From NCBI GenBank assembly GCA_019057815.1, contig JAHLWR010000001.1:1-24000 (forward strand): a stretch of DNA of 24,000 nt, written 5' to 3'. Below the pieces are notes generated by a model, which worked only from the letters and a program-made list of their open reading frames with translations, made no database searches and was not told the DNA's origin. Position 1 is the stretch's first letter. Each line of letters begins with the position of its first letter. The translations under genes and the position numbers were made by a program. This stretch comes from Candidatus Heimdallarchaeota archaeon (GTDB lineage Archaea > Asgardarchaeota > Heimdallarchaeia > Heimdallarchaeales > Heimdallarchaeaceae). Below, piece after piece: positions 7,650-15,548 of the stretch.

Positions 7650-8066
7650 ATGCCTTCTCCCCTCTCTTCTTTCAATTGTAAGTACTCAAAAGAGTGTTCT
7701 GAGTGTTGTCTAGAAACAGAGATGGCCTTATCAGAAGAGGATTTAGAGAGAATACAAAATCTTGGGTATAAGAAAAACGATTTTACTAGAAACATTGATG
7801 GTTTTTTAATACTGAAAAACATCGACAAAAACTGTTATTTCTTGAAAGAGGGGAAATGTTCGATATACGAAAACAGACCGCAAGGATGTAGATTGTATCC
7901 TATAATTGTAGATTTTGAGAATAGTTCCATTGTTATAGACAAATCATGTCCTAACCATGAGCAGTTTGAAGTGAGTGAATATTCACATTTATTCTATGAT
8001 TTAGTTAACTTTGTAGACTTGCTTCTAAGTGAGAAAGATGAGAGAGAAAAAAAAGAGAAAAAATAA
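7650..8066 (+). CDS. YkgJ/UPF0153-family Cys-cluster (CxxCxxCC) zinc/iron-chelating protein.
   Basis: CKYSKECSECC at the N-terminus. Later come C..L.EGKCSIYENRPQGCRLYP, characteristic of the family, and a Lys/Glu-rich tail. Confidence 0.7.
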   Translation: MPSPLSSFNCKYSKECSECCLETEMALSEEDLERIQNLGYKKNDFTRNIDGFLILKNIDKNCYFLKEGKCSIYENRPQGCRLYPIIVDFENSSIVIDKSCPNHEQFEVSEYSHLFYDLVNFVDLLLSEKDEREKKEKK

Positions 8067-8075
8067 CGATGTTAG

Positions 8076-8094
8076 TCTTTTTCAAAAAGATTTT
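8076..8094 (+). terminator. Hairpin plus T-run downstream of the ykgJ-like gene.
   Basis: TCTTTTT-C-AAAAAGA (7-bp stem) is followed by TTTT. The stem is A/T-rich and therefore weak. Confidence 0.3.
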
Positions 8095-8215
8095 CGAATT
8101 CACTACTCCAAAAACATTAAAACTATAAAACAAGCAGTTATTAATTGTGCAGTGAACCCATCTACAGTAAGTATTAAACTAAACTTATAGAAAATATGTA
8201 TTTAAAATGTTCTAA

Positions 8216-9346
8216 ATGGAAGTACTAATAATGATAGGTTTAAGTTTGAAAAAATGGATATATCTTCTCTTTCAAAACAAGTTTAGAATTTATATTTTGT
8301 ATATGCCTAAGGCCATAATAGTAACTGCATTAATATTACTTCTATCTCCTCTGGTTATTTATGAGAAACTTCGTTTTTCCAAGAAAATCAAAAATACAAA
8401 GATTACTAAATCACCTATCTTTATTATTGGCCATTGGAGAACAGGAACAACTTTCCTTCATAGTTTAATGACTCAAGATGATCGTTTAGACTACTTAACT
8501 TTAGCAGAAATAGCATTTCCAAATATCATTCTTGGAAGCAGTAAACTCATCCATTCGATTTTAAAGCCTTTTATACCAAAGAGAAGAAAAACAGATAATG
8601 TTCCAATGTCTACTAGAATGCCCCATGAGCACGAATATGGTCTTATGCATCTAACCTTACTTTCTCCTTATACTGGACCATTTTTTCCTAGAAATATTAA
8701 TCACTATCTTAAGTATACTTCGTTTAAGGACGCTACAGAACAAGAAAGAGAAGAATGGAAAAACGCACTGGTTTACTTGCTGAGAAAGAAAACTTATCAG
8801 AATGGAGGAAAACAGCTAGTTTTAAAATCTCCTTTCGATACTGCACGAATTGAAATAATTTTGGAAACATTCCCAAACGCAAAGTTCATACATATTTATA
8901 GAAATCCTTATGAGGTTTTTTTCTCTACTCTTAGGATGCACAATACAAATAAGAAATTCTATTTGCTTCAAAAACCCAGATTTGATATTAAAGAGTTTAT
9001 ACTAAAATTTTTTCTTATGCTTTATGACAATTTCCTTAATGATCTGCATCTAATTCCCGAAGGAAACATAGTAGAAGTAAAATACGAAAATCTTGCAAAA
9101 GATCCAATCAAAGAACTTAGCAAGATTTACAACACGTTATCTCTTAACAATTTTCCATATCTAAACAATAAGATTCACTCTTATTTGGATTCTATTAGTA
9201 AACATAAAGTACACAAATATAATATTCCGTTAGCAGATAGAGAAATGATTTACCTATGCTGGCATGAAATGATTGATAGATGGAATTATGAGAAGATTCA
9301 GAAGGCTAAACAAGTACAAGCAACCCTTACAACAAAAACTGATTAG
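8216..9346 (+). CDS. Membrane-anchored PAPS-dependent sulfotransferase family protein.
   Basis: The 5'-PSB motif is IIGHWRTGTTFLHSLM and the 3'-PB motif is FIHIYRNPYEVFFS. An N-terminal hydrophobic segment (IIVTALILLLSPLVIY) is present. Confidence 0.7.
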   Translation: MEVLIMIGLSLKKWIYLLFQNKFRIYILYMPKAIIVTALILLLSPLVIYEKLRFSKKIKNTKITKSPIFIIGHWRTGTTFLHSLMTQDDRLDYLTLAEIAFPNIILGSSKLIHSILKPFIPKRRKTDNVPMSTRMPHEHEYGLMHLTLLSPYTGPFFPRNINHYLKYTSFKDATEQEREEWKNALVYLLRKKTYQNGGKQLVLKSPFDTARIEIILETFPNAKFIHIYRNPYEVFFSTLRMHNTNKKFYLLQKPRFDIKEFILKFFLMLYDNFLNDLHLIPEGNIVEVKYENLAKDPIKELSKIYNTLSLNNFPYLNNKIHSYLDSISKHKVHKYNIPLADREMIYLCWHEMIDRWNYEKIQKAKQVQATLTTKTD

Positions 9347-9375
9347 CTATAACAGCACAAAATTTACATTCTATA

Positions 9376-10350
9376 ATGAGTTATTGCTTCTTAATGACCG
9401 AAAAACACTATTCAACTTTTGAAGAATATTTGAATAATATCGAATCTAACAGTCTACGGGATCTTATTTCAGAACTAGTTCAGTTGTCATTAGAAGTCAA
9501 AGGACAGATTCTTTCCTTTATGACAGGAGACAATGACTATTCTGGATCTATAAATGTTTCAGGTGATGAGCAACTAAGTCTTGACATTGCATCACACGAA
9601 CTGTTTCTCCAGAAATTACCAAAAAACCTATACTATTTGCTATTAGGTGAGGAAACTACGCCAGAAAATATCACAGAAGGAACAGGTGAATACATAGTAT
9701 TAGGAGATTTTATAGACGGCTCGTCTATAGTTAGAAGTCGAGGTCCAGGCGGAATCGTTAACATTATAGATAAAAATGGTACAATTCAAGCTGCTTTAAC
9801 AACAAGTTATATAGTTTTCACCCGTTTTGATTTAGCAACAGAAGCAGGATATATACAATTCATCCATGATGGTACTAACTTCCGTGTTTTGAAAGATAAT
9901 CTAAATATTAGTCCTTCTAAAAAACCTGTATATGGTTTTGGAGGTTCATATGATCAATATTCTAAACCCCAAAAACAATTCACTGATGGCGTTAGAAAAA
10001 AAGCTAAACTGCGTTATGGTGGATGTTTAGTACAAGATATGAATAACATCTTTGACAAAACAGGAGTTTTTGGATATTTCGCACCCAAACTAAGACTTGT
10101 CTATGAAATTTTACCTTATCTATACATTCTCTCTAAAATAGGCGGGAAAGGTTGTTACATTACAAAAGAAAACAAATCTGTAACTTTAGCTGAAGCTCCA
10201 CTCTTAGATGTTGATAAATTAACAGATATGGAATATCTTCACCGCAAAGTAGGGTTTGTTGGAGGATCAAAAGATCTTGTGTACATATGGCTCGATATAA
10301 CCAGTATTGAGAATTCTTATCTACCTCCTGAAGAACAAGAAGAAAATTAA
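9376..10350 (+). CDS. Divergent class I fructose-1,6-bisphosphatase-like phosphatase (FBPase/IMPase superfamily).
   Basis: NVSGDEQLSLDIASHELF matches FBPase NxxGExQxxLDxxxNxxF. LLGEE supplies the metal Glu-Glu pair. YIVLGDFIDGSS matches DPLDGSS. RYGGCLVQD matches RYxGSxVxD. KLRLVYEILP....IGG matches GKLRLLYExxP....AGG. Confidence 0.65.
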   Translation: MSYCFLMTEKHYSTFEEYLNNIESNSLRDLISELVQLSLEVKGQILSFMTGDNDYSGSINVSGDEQLSLDIASHELFLQKLPKNLYYLLLGEETTPENITEGTGEYIVLGDFIDGSSIVRSRGPGGIVNIIDKNGTIQAALTTSYIVFTRFDLATEAGYIQFIHDGTNFRVLKDNLNISPSKKPVYGFGGSYDQYSKPQKQFTDGVRKKAKLRYGGCLVQDMNNIFDKTGVFGYFAPKLRLVYEILPYLYILSKIGGKGCYITKENKSVTLAEAPLLDVDKLTDMEYLHRKVGFVGGSKDLVYIWLDITSIENSYLPPEEQEEN

Positions 10351-10370
10351 TTCCCTTAAGGGAATTTTTT
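10349..10370. terminator. Bidirectional terminator: an 18-bp perfect palindrome plus a T-run between convergent genes.
   Basis: AATTCCCTTAAGGGAATT (10349-10366) is perfectly self-complementary. It overlaps the TAA stop of the + gene, is followed by TTTT, and abuts the stop of the - gene. Confidence 0.55.
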
Positions 10371-11538
10371 AATAAGTTTTTTCAAGATTGTTCTGGGTTA
10401 CGTATTTATAGCAAGCTGTTGCTGTATCTTTCATTTTAAGAGCATCAATAAATTTATTCATTTCTTCTTCTGCTTTTTTAATGATTGTATCTTTTGAATT
10501 CTCACTGATACCTTCTACTTCGTTGAAGAACGGCTTCCAAGCTAATTTCGAGTGTTTTTCAAACGTTTTGTGTTTATCAACATCAGACTCTCCAAAAGTT
10601 TCGAGTACCCAATAGCGCATTTTTTTGTAAAGAGCAGGTTCATACTCCTCTAACACGGAATAAACTAGTCGTTGCCAGTGTGTTCCAATATTTCCCTTTG
10701 CTACTATACCATGAGGAAATGTTGAAGCTATAACTTCAACAGGAGTACCAGTTATTCCATGTTGAGCTATTTTTGTTCCAATTCCATATTCTTTCAATGC
10801 TTCTACTATTTCTACAGTTCTTTGTACATTAATACCTAACTGTGGAATGACGTTTCCTTCAGTATCAATACTTACTCCATGTGTAGATCCATTTGCAATG
10901 GCAAGATAATCTAGGCTCACATTGTTCTCTGATAAAGTTTTGACATAGTGAAAAGCCTCTTCCACTGTTGTAAACTCTGTAATACCTATTTCACCTACTT
11001 CTCCTTCTAGACCATAAGGTCTGCTACCCATTTTTTCTTTAATAAAGTCGAATAAAATCAATCCTTTTTGGATTATAGAGTTTAATTGCCCTTGAACAGT
11101 TCTTTCATCACGATTAAACAAAAAAGAAGTATCTACAGCGTAACCAGTAAAATTAGCATCAATTCTAGCAGCAATTTCCTTTTTCACATTTTCAACTTCT
11201 TCATCAGTGCCTTTTTTTACAGTTAGATGATCAGCATGAAGAGCATATGCAAACCATTTCTCTTTTTCAGCAGCTGATTTAACTCTATCAGCAAACGTTT
11301 GAGGAGTATAGCCGGTATAACCTCCAGAAATTGACATTTCACTCAAAGCTAACTCCATAATCACAATTGCTCGAGAGTTTTTAGCTGCCCTGAGGATTCC
11401 ACGAATTACTTCTTCTGTAGCTCGAGGGTTTAATGCAGCTATTATAGTTTTCATCTTACTTACACCCTTCGTTAAATAATTTAAAGGAAAAGGATTTCTT
11501 GTCTCTTCAAAATAACTTACAACCTCATTTTTACTCAT
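10369..11538 (-). CDS. Class II ketose-bisphosphate aldolase superfamily protein, GatZ/KbaZ-like (tagatose/fructose phosphate aldolase or epimerase family).
   Basis: IMELALSEMSISGGYTGYTPQTFADRV...YALHADHL resembles, from memory, GatZ/KbaZ EATSNQVNQxGGYTGMTPxDF...GGDHLGP. Later His motifs are NGSTHG and AQHGITG. Confidence 0.55.
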   Translation of the reverse strand: MSKNEVVSYFEETRNPFPLNYLTKGVSKMKTIIAALNPRATEEVIRGILRAAKNSRAIVIMELALSEMSISGGYTGYTPQTFADRVKSAAEKEKWFAYALHADHLTVKKGTDEEVENVKKEIAARIDANFTGYAVDTSFLFNRDERTVQGQLNSIIQKGLILFDFIKEKMGSRPYGLEGEVGEIGITEFTTVEEAFHYVKTLSENNVSLDYLAIANGSTHGVSIDTEGNVIPQLGINVQRTVEIVEALKEYGIGTKIAQHGITGTPVEVIASTFPHGIVAKGNIGTHWQRLVYSVLEEYEPALYKKMRYWVLETFGESDVDKHKTFEKHSKLAWKPFFNEVEGISENSKDTIIKKAEEEMNKFIDALKMKDTATACYKYVTQNNLEKTY

Positions 11539-11740
11539 TAACGATACACCTACTTAGAGAGATGAGAAATCAATTAAGAAGTTTTCTCAACCTCTATATG
11601 CACTGAGTATAATCTTTAGTCATCCCTGTTCATATTCAGAATCTGCAAAGTATTTTAGACATTTAACTGTTGATAGCAGAAGTCCCCTTACTTTAGGGAG
11701 GGGATGAATGCTAGATGGTTTACTTTAGTATAAACTCAGC

Positions 11741-11750
11741 TTTTTATACT
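11741..11750 (+). promoter_or_regulatory. TATA-like box for tnpB.
   Basis: TTTTTATACT is centred about 30 nt upstream of ATG 11777, consistent with a near-leaderless transcript. Confidence 0.35.
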
Positions 11751-11776
11751 GAAAAAAGAACTATGAGAATGGACTA

Positions 11777-12997
11777 ATGCTAACATACAAAGTGCAACTG
11801 TACCCTAATAAACAGCAGCAAGCAAAACTTGTTGAACAGTTGGATATTTGTAGAAAACTCTATAATAAGCTACTAGAAGAGTGCAAGAAAGCGCGAGAGA
11901 AGGGAGAAAAACTCACACAAATCAAAACTCAATCTTTTATAGTTTGGCTAAAAAACAACTCTATGCCAGAATTGAAAGGAGTTTATTCTAAAGTTTTACA
12001 GATGGTCAATTACACTCTATGGGCAAATATCAAGAGTCTATCAAAGTTAAAAAAGAGTGGACGTAAAATAGGTCACTTGAGGTTCAAAGGAAAGGGATGG
12101 TACAAAACTATCAATTATAACCAGAGCGGGTTCAAGATAGATGAACACAAAAACAAGCTAATCTTCTCTAAAATAGGAACTATCAATTGTAGAGGACTAG
12201 ATAATAGAGTAAGGAAAAACAAAATTAAAGGGATAATTCTCAAACGTTCTCAAACAGGTAGATGGTTCGCAACTATACAAATAGAAAATACCCCACTGGT
12301 TCTTCCTAAAACCAATAAAAGCGTAGGAATAGATGTTGGTGTTTCTTCGTTTATCGTCGATTCTGATGGGAGAAGCGTAGAGAACCCTAAGAATATAGAC
12401 AAACAATTAAAGAAAATCAAAGTCAAACAACAGACTCTTGCTCGTAAAAAGAAGGGTTCAAAGAACTGGTTAAAAGCCAAGTTACAATTAGCTAAACTTT
12501 TGGCACAAGTTACTAACCAACGTAAAGATTTTTTGCATAAAGTCTCCAGATTTTATGTTAATATTTATGACTTTGTCTGTGTAGAAGACTTGAATATTAT
12601 AGCACTATCACAGAAGGGTAATAAAAATAATAAGCGGTCACGCACTCTTCATCGTCACATTTTAGACGCTTCGTGGGGACAGTTCTTCAACTATTTATCT
12701 TATAAAGCTGTCAATGCTGATAAAAAAGTAGTTAAAGTTCATCCTAAAGGTACTACTCAAGAATGTTCTAGATGTGGAAGAATAGTTAAGAAAAACCTTT
12801 CAACCAGAATACACTTCTGTCCTTATTGTAACTTAGAGCTAGACCGTGATTATAACGCTTCAATCAACATTTTGAAGAGGGGTACGGGATGTTCCTCTAT
12901 ACTTGTGGAGAATAGACCTCTGGTCATTATCAGCGCTTCTGCTATTGTTAGTGGTCAAGTCTTTTCTATGAATCAAGCAACTCCTTCCTTAAGGTAG
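11777..12997 (+). CDS. tnpB: TnpB (OrfB_IS605) RNA-guided RuvC-like endonuclease, IS200/IS605 family.
   Basis: 406 aa. The N-terminal YKVQLYPNKQQQAKL is a typical OrfB start. RuvC-I is VGIDVGV (D186) and RuvC-II is VCVEDLN (E270). The Zn finger is CSRCG...CPYC (C330, C333, C348, C351). RuvC-III is LDRDYNASINI. Confidence 0.9.
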   Translation: MLTYKVQLYPNKQQQAKLVEQLDICRKLYNKLLEECKKAREKGEKLTQIKTQSFIVWLKNNSMPELKGVYSKVLQMVNYTLWANIKSLSKLKKSGRKIGHLRFKGKGWYKTINYNQSGFKIDEHKNKLIFSKIGTINCRGLDNRVRKNKIKGIILKRSQTGRWFATIQIENTPLVLPKTNKSVGIDVGVSSFIVDSDGRSVENPKNIDKQLKKIKVKQQTLARKKKGSKNWLKAKLQLAKLLAQVTNQRKDFLHKVSRFYVNIYDFVCVEDLNIIALSQKGNKNNKRSRTLHRHILDASWGQFFNYLSYKAVNADKKVVKVHPKGTTQECSRCGRIVKKNLSTRIHFCPYCNLELDRDYNASINILKRGTGCSSILVENRPLVIISASAIVSGQVFSMNQATPSLR

Positions 12998-13020
12998 GAG
13001 TAGTTCATTAAGAGCGTATA
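12830..13020 (+). ncRNA. Predicted omega-RNA (reRNA) scaffold overlapping the tnpB 3' end and right end. The coordinates are a guess.
   Basis: By analogy, TnpB omega-RNAs derive from the tnpB 3' end plus RE. A near-perfect 22-nt palindrome, ACTCCTTCCTTAAGGTAGGAGT (12980-13001), spans the stop codon. No transcript data are available. Confidence 0.3.
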
Positions 13021-13151
13021 TCTTATCTAATTATAGGAAGATGGCTTAATATGTTTACTGATTTCAAGATTTCGTATAATACTCTCTTATCCAACTAACT
13101 ATTCATCTGGTAGAAGATATTATGAATATAAGAAGAAAAGAGAAAAGGAGA

Positions 13152-15233
13152 TTAGATTGAAAATATTGCTACAACTGGCTTATGGTCAGAAGAAATTGCT
13201 TCCGTTATTACTTCACAATCAATGCAGATAATGTTTTTATAGAATATGTAATCAATTCGAATAAACTCACCTGCATCCTCTGCGGTTACACCATCAAAAC
13301 CAGTACCATTTACTCCTGAAGGATAGATGGACAACCAAGAATCATTAAACAATGTTCTAATAATAACATATTCTTCCAAATTTGGGATAGTATTGAAATC
13401 ACCAATTAAAAGATCAGCGTCTGAAGCATGAGGGGAATTAATAATGGTGGTTGACTGATTAATTCTATTATCTAAACTATCTGCATTAGTTTGATCATAG
13501 CTTAAGTGGGCAACAATTACATTAATTTCTTTGTTACCTAAATCTATTGTTGCAGATAAATACACTTTGTTATCAGTTGAGGAAGGCAATGATATTACAC
13601 TAGCTTCTGTAATTGGAAAACGAGACAGTAAAGCTAAACCATTATTTGTTTCAGATATTGAAGGAACCTGATAGAAATAATAATTAAGTTTCGTTGCTAA
13701 ATATCTTACAATATCCGAATTTAAATTGGTAATTCTTCCAGTTTGTGTTTCTTGCAACCCTATAATATCGGCATTGATCTCTAATAAGACGCTATAGACT
13801 GTTTCGTAGTTAAATTCTCCTTCTTCATTGAATCCTTGAAAGATATTATAAGTACATACTTTTATTGTTGAAGGCGCTGTTTCTACAGATGTCAACTTTG
13901 GTTGATTAAGAGAAGTTGCGAAAATCATACCTATAAGTAGAAATCCAATGAATATAGTATTCAATTTAATATTACTCTTCAGTTTAATCACTTGACTCTT
14001 TTTCCAAATAAGTACTAATGATAATAAAGCAATTATTGCTGGTAAAGCAATAAAAAGGGGGTATGTATTCTTAAGCAAAGATCCTATAGCTTTAGGTACA
14101 TAAGCAAAATTGAAAGCAAATGTTTGGAGAAGATACAAGAGTAAACCTATAAATGTTGATAAAGCAAATGCACCTATCCATTTCTTTCGGTTTCTTAGAT
14201 ATTTAAATGAATCAAGGGCAATAGAATCAAATAGTATTAACAATATAGGTAGAGAAATGAGACTAAGATAAAGGAAAACTCTGTGTTCTAGAAATACAAA
14301 TAGTACTATTAAGGATAATCCAACAAAGCTTATAGCCATTGTATAGCCTTTATGTAGTTTACTGAAAATCTTTTCATGTAGCATCTTTCTTGTTAGAAAT
14401 ATTCCTGCTAATAATGCAAATTCTAACCAAGTAATAAGCCAGAATTCTGTACTACCTGTACTAAACGTGTCAATTTTCCATCTTTGTTGCAAATTTGGAA
14501 AAATAAGCAAAGTCGAGACTAACATGATGAGAGAGACGATTGTAATAGATAAGACAAATAATGGAAAGAATTTGACAGATGTATCTTTTTCGTTAACAAT
14601 AATCTCATCTTTAATCTCATCTTTACTTTCTGCAAATTTGTCAGTTAAATTCATTGCAATAAATGCAATGGCTCCAACAACAACTAATACGATTGAACCG
14701 ATTAGTGTCAAAGTAATATCAAAAGTATTACCTATCATACGAAGAACTAGATCTATCATCAAAGCTAGAATGAATGAACTACCAATGTTTTTGAAAACCA
14801 TTTTTCTTTTGTTTTGAAATAATAAAGTTACCCATATTAAGAGAAAAGCTACACCTAGCGAAGAAATGATTAAGGTAATCATAGGTAGGATATCAAAGAC
14901 TAAAACTAATCTACAAACTAATGCTAAAATTGGAGTGACAATAAAAGTATGTTTATCGAATTTCTTAGGAATTATGTACAGGATTAGCGGTGTTAAAAAG
15001 CATAAAGTAAAAATGAAGCTGACAAAATTCAATTTACCTACACCTAGATTAAGGTAGAAAACGTAAGAAAAGAAATAACGCAGAAACTGTAATAACAATA
15101 ACCAACTGATTGCAAGACCGATTAATGTTGAAAACCTGAAATAACTATCTTTTTTTGTCACAAATAGTAAGTATACTAACGCTTTTATATAAAATTTATC
15201 ATTTTCATTTCTTATTTTTAGTCTAATAATCAA
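13152..15233 (-). CDS. Polytopic membrane protein (about 13-14 predicted TM helices, residues 1-445) fused to a C-terminal endonuclease/exonuclease/phosphatase (EEP) domain.
   Basis: The C-terminal domain (about nt 13155-13868) has KVCTYNIFQG, ADIIGLQE, VIVAHL, LIGDFN and a terminal SDHKPV, which is the EEP catalytic pattern. The N-terminal 450 aa is strongly hydrophobic. The track start is TTG, and there is no ATG before residue 118, so the start is uncertain. Confidence 0.75.
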   Translation of the reverse strand: MIIRLKIRNENDKFYIKALVYLLFVTKKDSYFRFSTLIGLAISWLLLLQFLRYFFSYVFYLNLGVGKLNFVSFIFTLCFLTPLILYIIPKKFDKHTFIVTPILALVCRLVLVFDILPMITLIISSLGVAFLLIWVTLLFQNKRKMVFKNIGSSFILALMIDLVLRMIGNTFDITLTLIGSIVLVVVGAIAFIAMNLTDKFAESKDEIKDEIIVNEKDTSVKFFPLFVLSITIVSLIMLVSTLLIFPNLQQRWKIDTFSTGSTEFWLITWLEFALLAGIFLTRKMLHEKIFSKLHKGYTMAISFVGLSLIVLFVFLEHRVFLYLSLISLPILLILFDSIALDSFKYLRNRKKWIGAFALSTFIGLLLYLLQTFAFNFAYVPKAIGSLLKNTYPLFIALPAIIALLSLVLIWKKSQVIKLKSNIKLNTIFIGFLLIGMIFATSLNQPKLTSVETAPSTIKVCTYNIFQGFNEEGEFNYETVYSVLLEINADIIGLQETQTGRITNLNSDIVRYLATKLNYYFYQVPSISETNNGLALLSRFPITEASVISLPSSTDNKVYLSATIDLGNKEINVIVAHLSYDQTNADSLDNRINQSTTIINSPHASDADLLIGDFNTIPNLEEYVIIRTLFNDSWLSIYPSGVNGTGFDGVTAEDAGEFIRIDYIFYKNIICIDCEVITEAISSDHKPVVAIFSI

Positions 15234-15548
15234 CTGTTTTTCATTTTCTCCTTTCCTTTTTATTGTAAGAGAAGAAGGAATATCTCCAATTTCTCATTCT
15301 AGTTTCTTAATTCCTATTCCCTTTATTGTTACTAAATCTTCTGGGGAAGATTGAGTTCTCTAGTATAAATAGTGATTTTTTTGTAGAAAGTTTGCAAAAT
15401 TCATCAAGAAATTCAAATTCAGAGAGATAATTTTTATTGATAAGAAAAAAGTAGATTGAAGGTTGATTGGATAATAATTTTTGTGAATCCACATACTTTT
15501 TATTCATTGATGATTGTATTTTTTTTGAATATTTAGAAGGAATTAGAA

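Larger units (their letters stand above)
11675..13010 (+). mobile_element. IS200/IS605-family (IS1341-type) element carrying only tnpB. The boundaries are approximate.
   Basis: The tnpB ORF is flanked by subterminal hairpins (11683-11704 and 12980-13001). No tnpA (Y1 transposase) is present in the window. Exact ends cannot be set from a single copy. Confidence 0.4.

Noticed and set aside
10349-10366. The CCCTTAAGGG core of the intergenic palindrome resembles the tnpB-end hairpins (CCTTAAGG at 12987-12994; CCCTTACTTTAGGG at 11685-11698), raising the idea of an IS-end or MITE remnant.
   Set aside because: The similarity is limited to 8-10 nt of a simple palindrome. Its position exactly between two convergent stop codons, followed by a T-run, is fully explained by a terminator.
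11670-11674. A TTGAT pentanucleotide 8 nt upstream of the left-end hairpin, identical to the ISDra2 target/TAM.
   Set aside because: A 5-mer of this composition is expected by chance in AT-rich DNA. The element boundary is not defined and this TnpB is not closely related to ISDra2, so it is not evidence for the TAM.
15307-15507. A 66-aa ORF in the 315-nt spacer between the membrane-EEP gene and the aldo-keto reductase.
   Set aside because: It has Asn/Lys/Phe-rich composition, no motifs and no convincing promoter. The spacer more likely holds the divergent promoters of the flanking genes.
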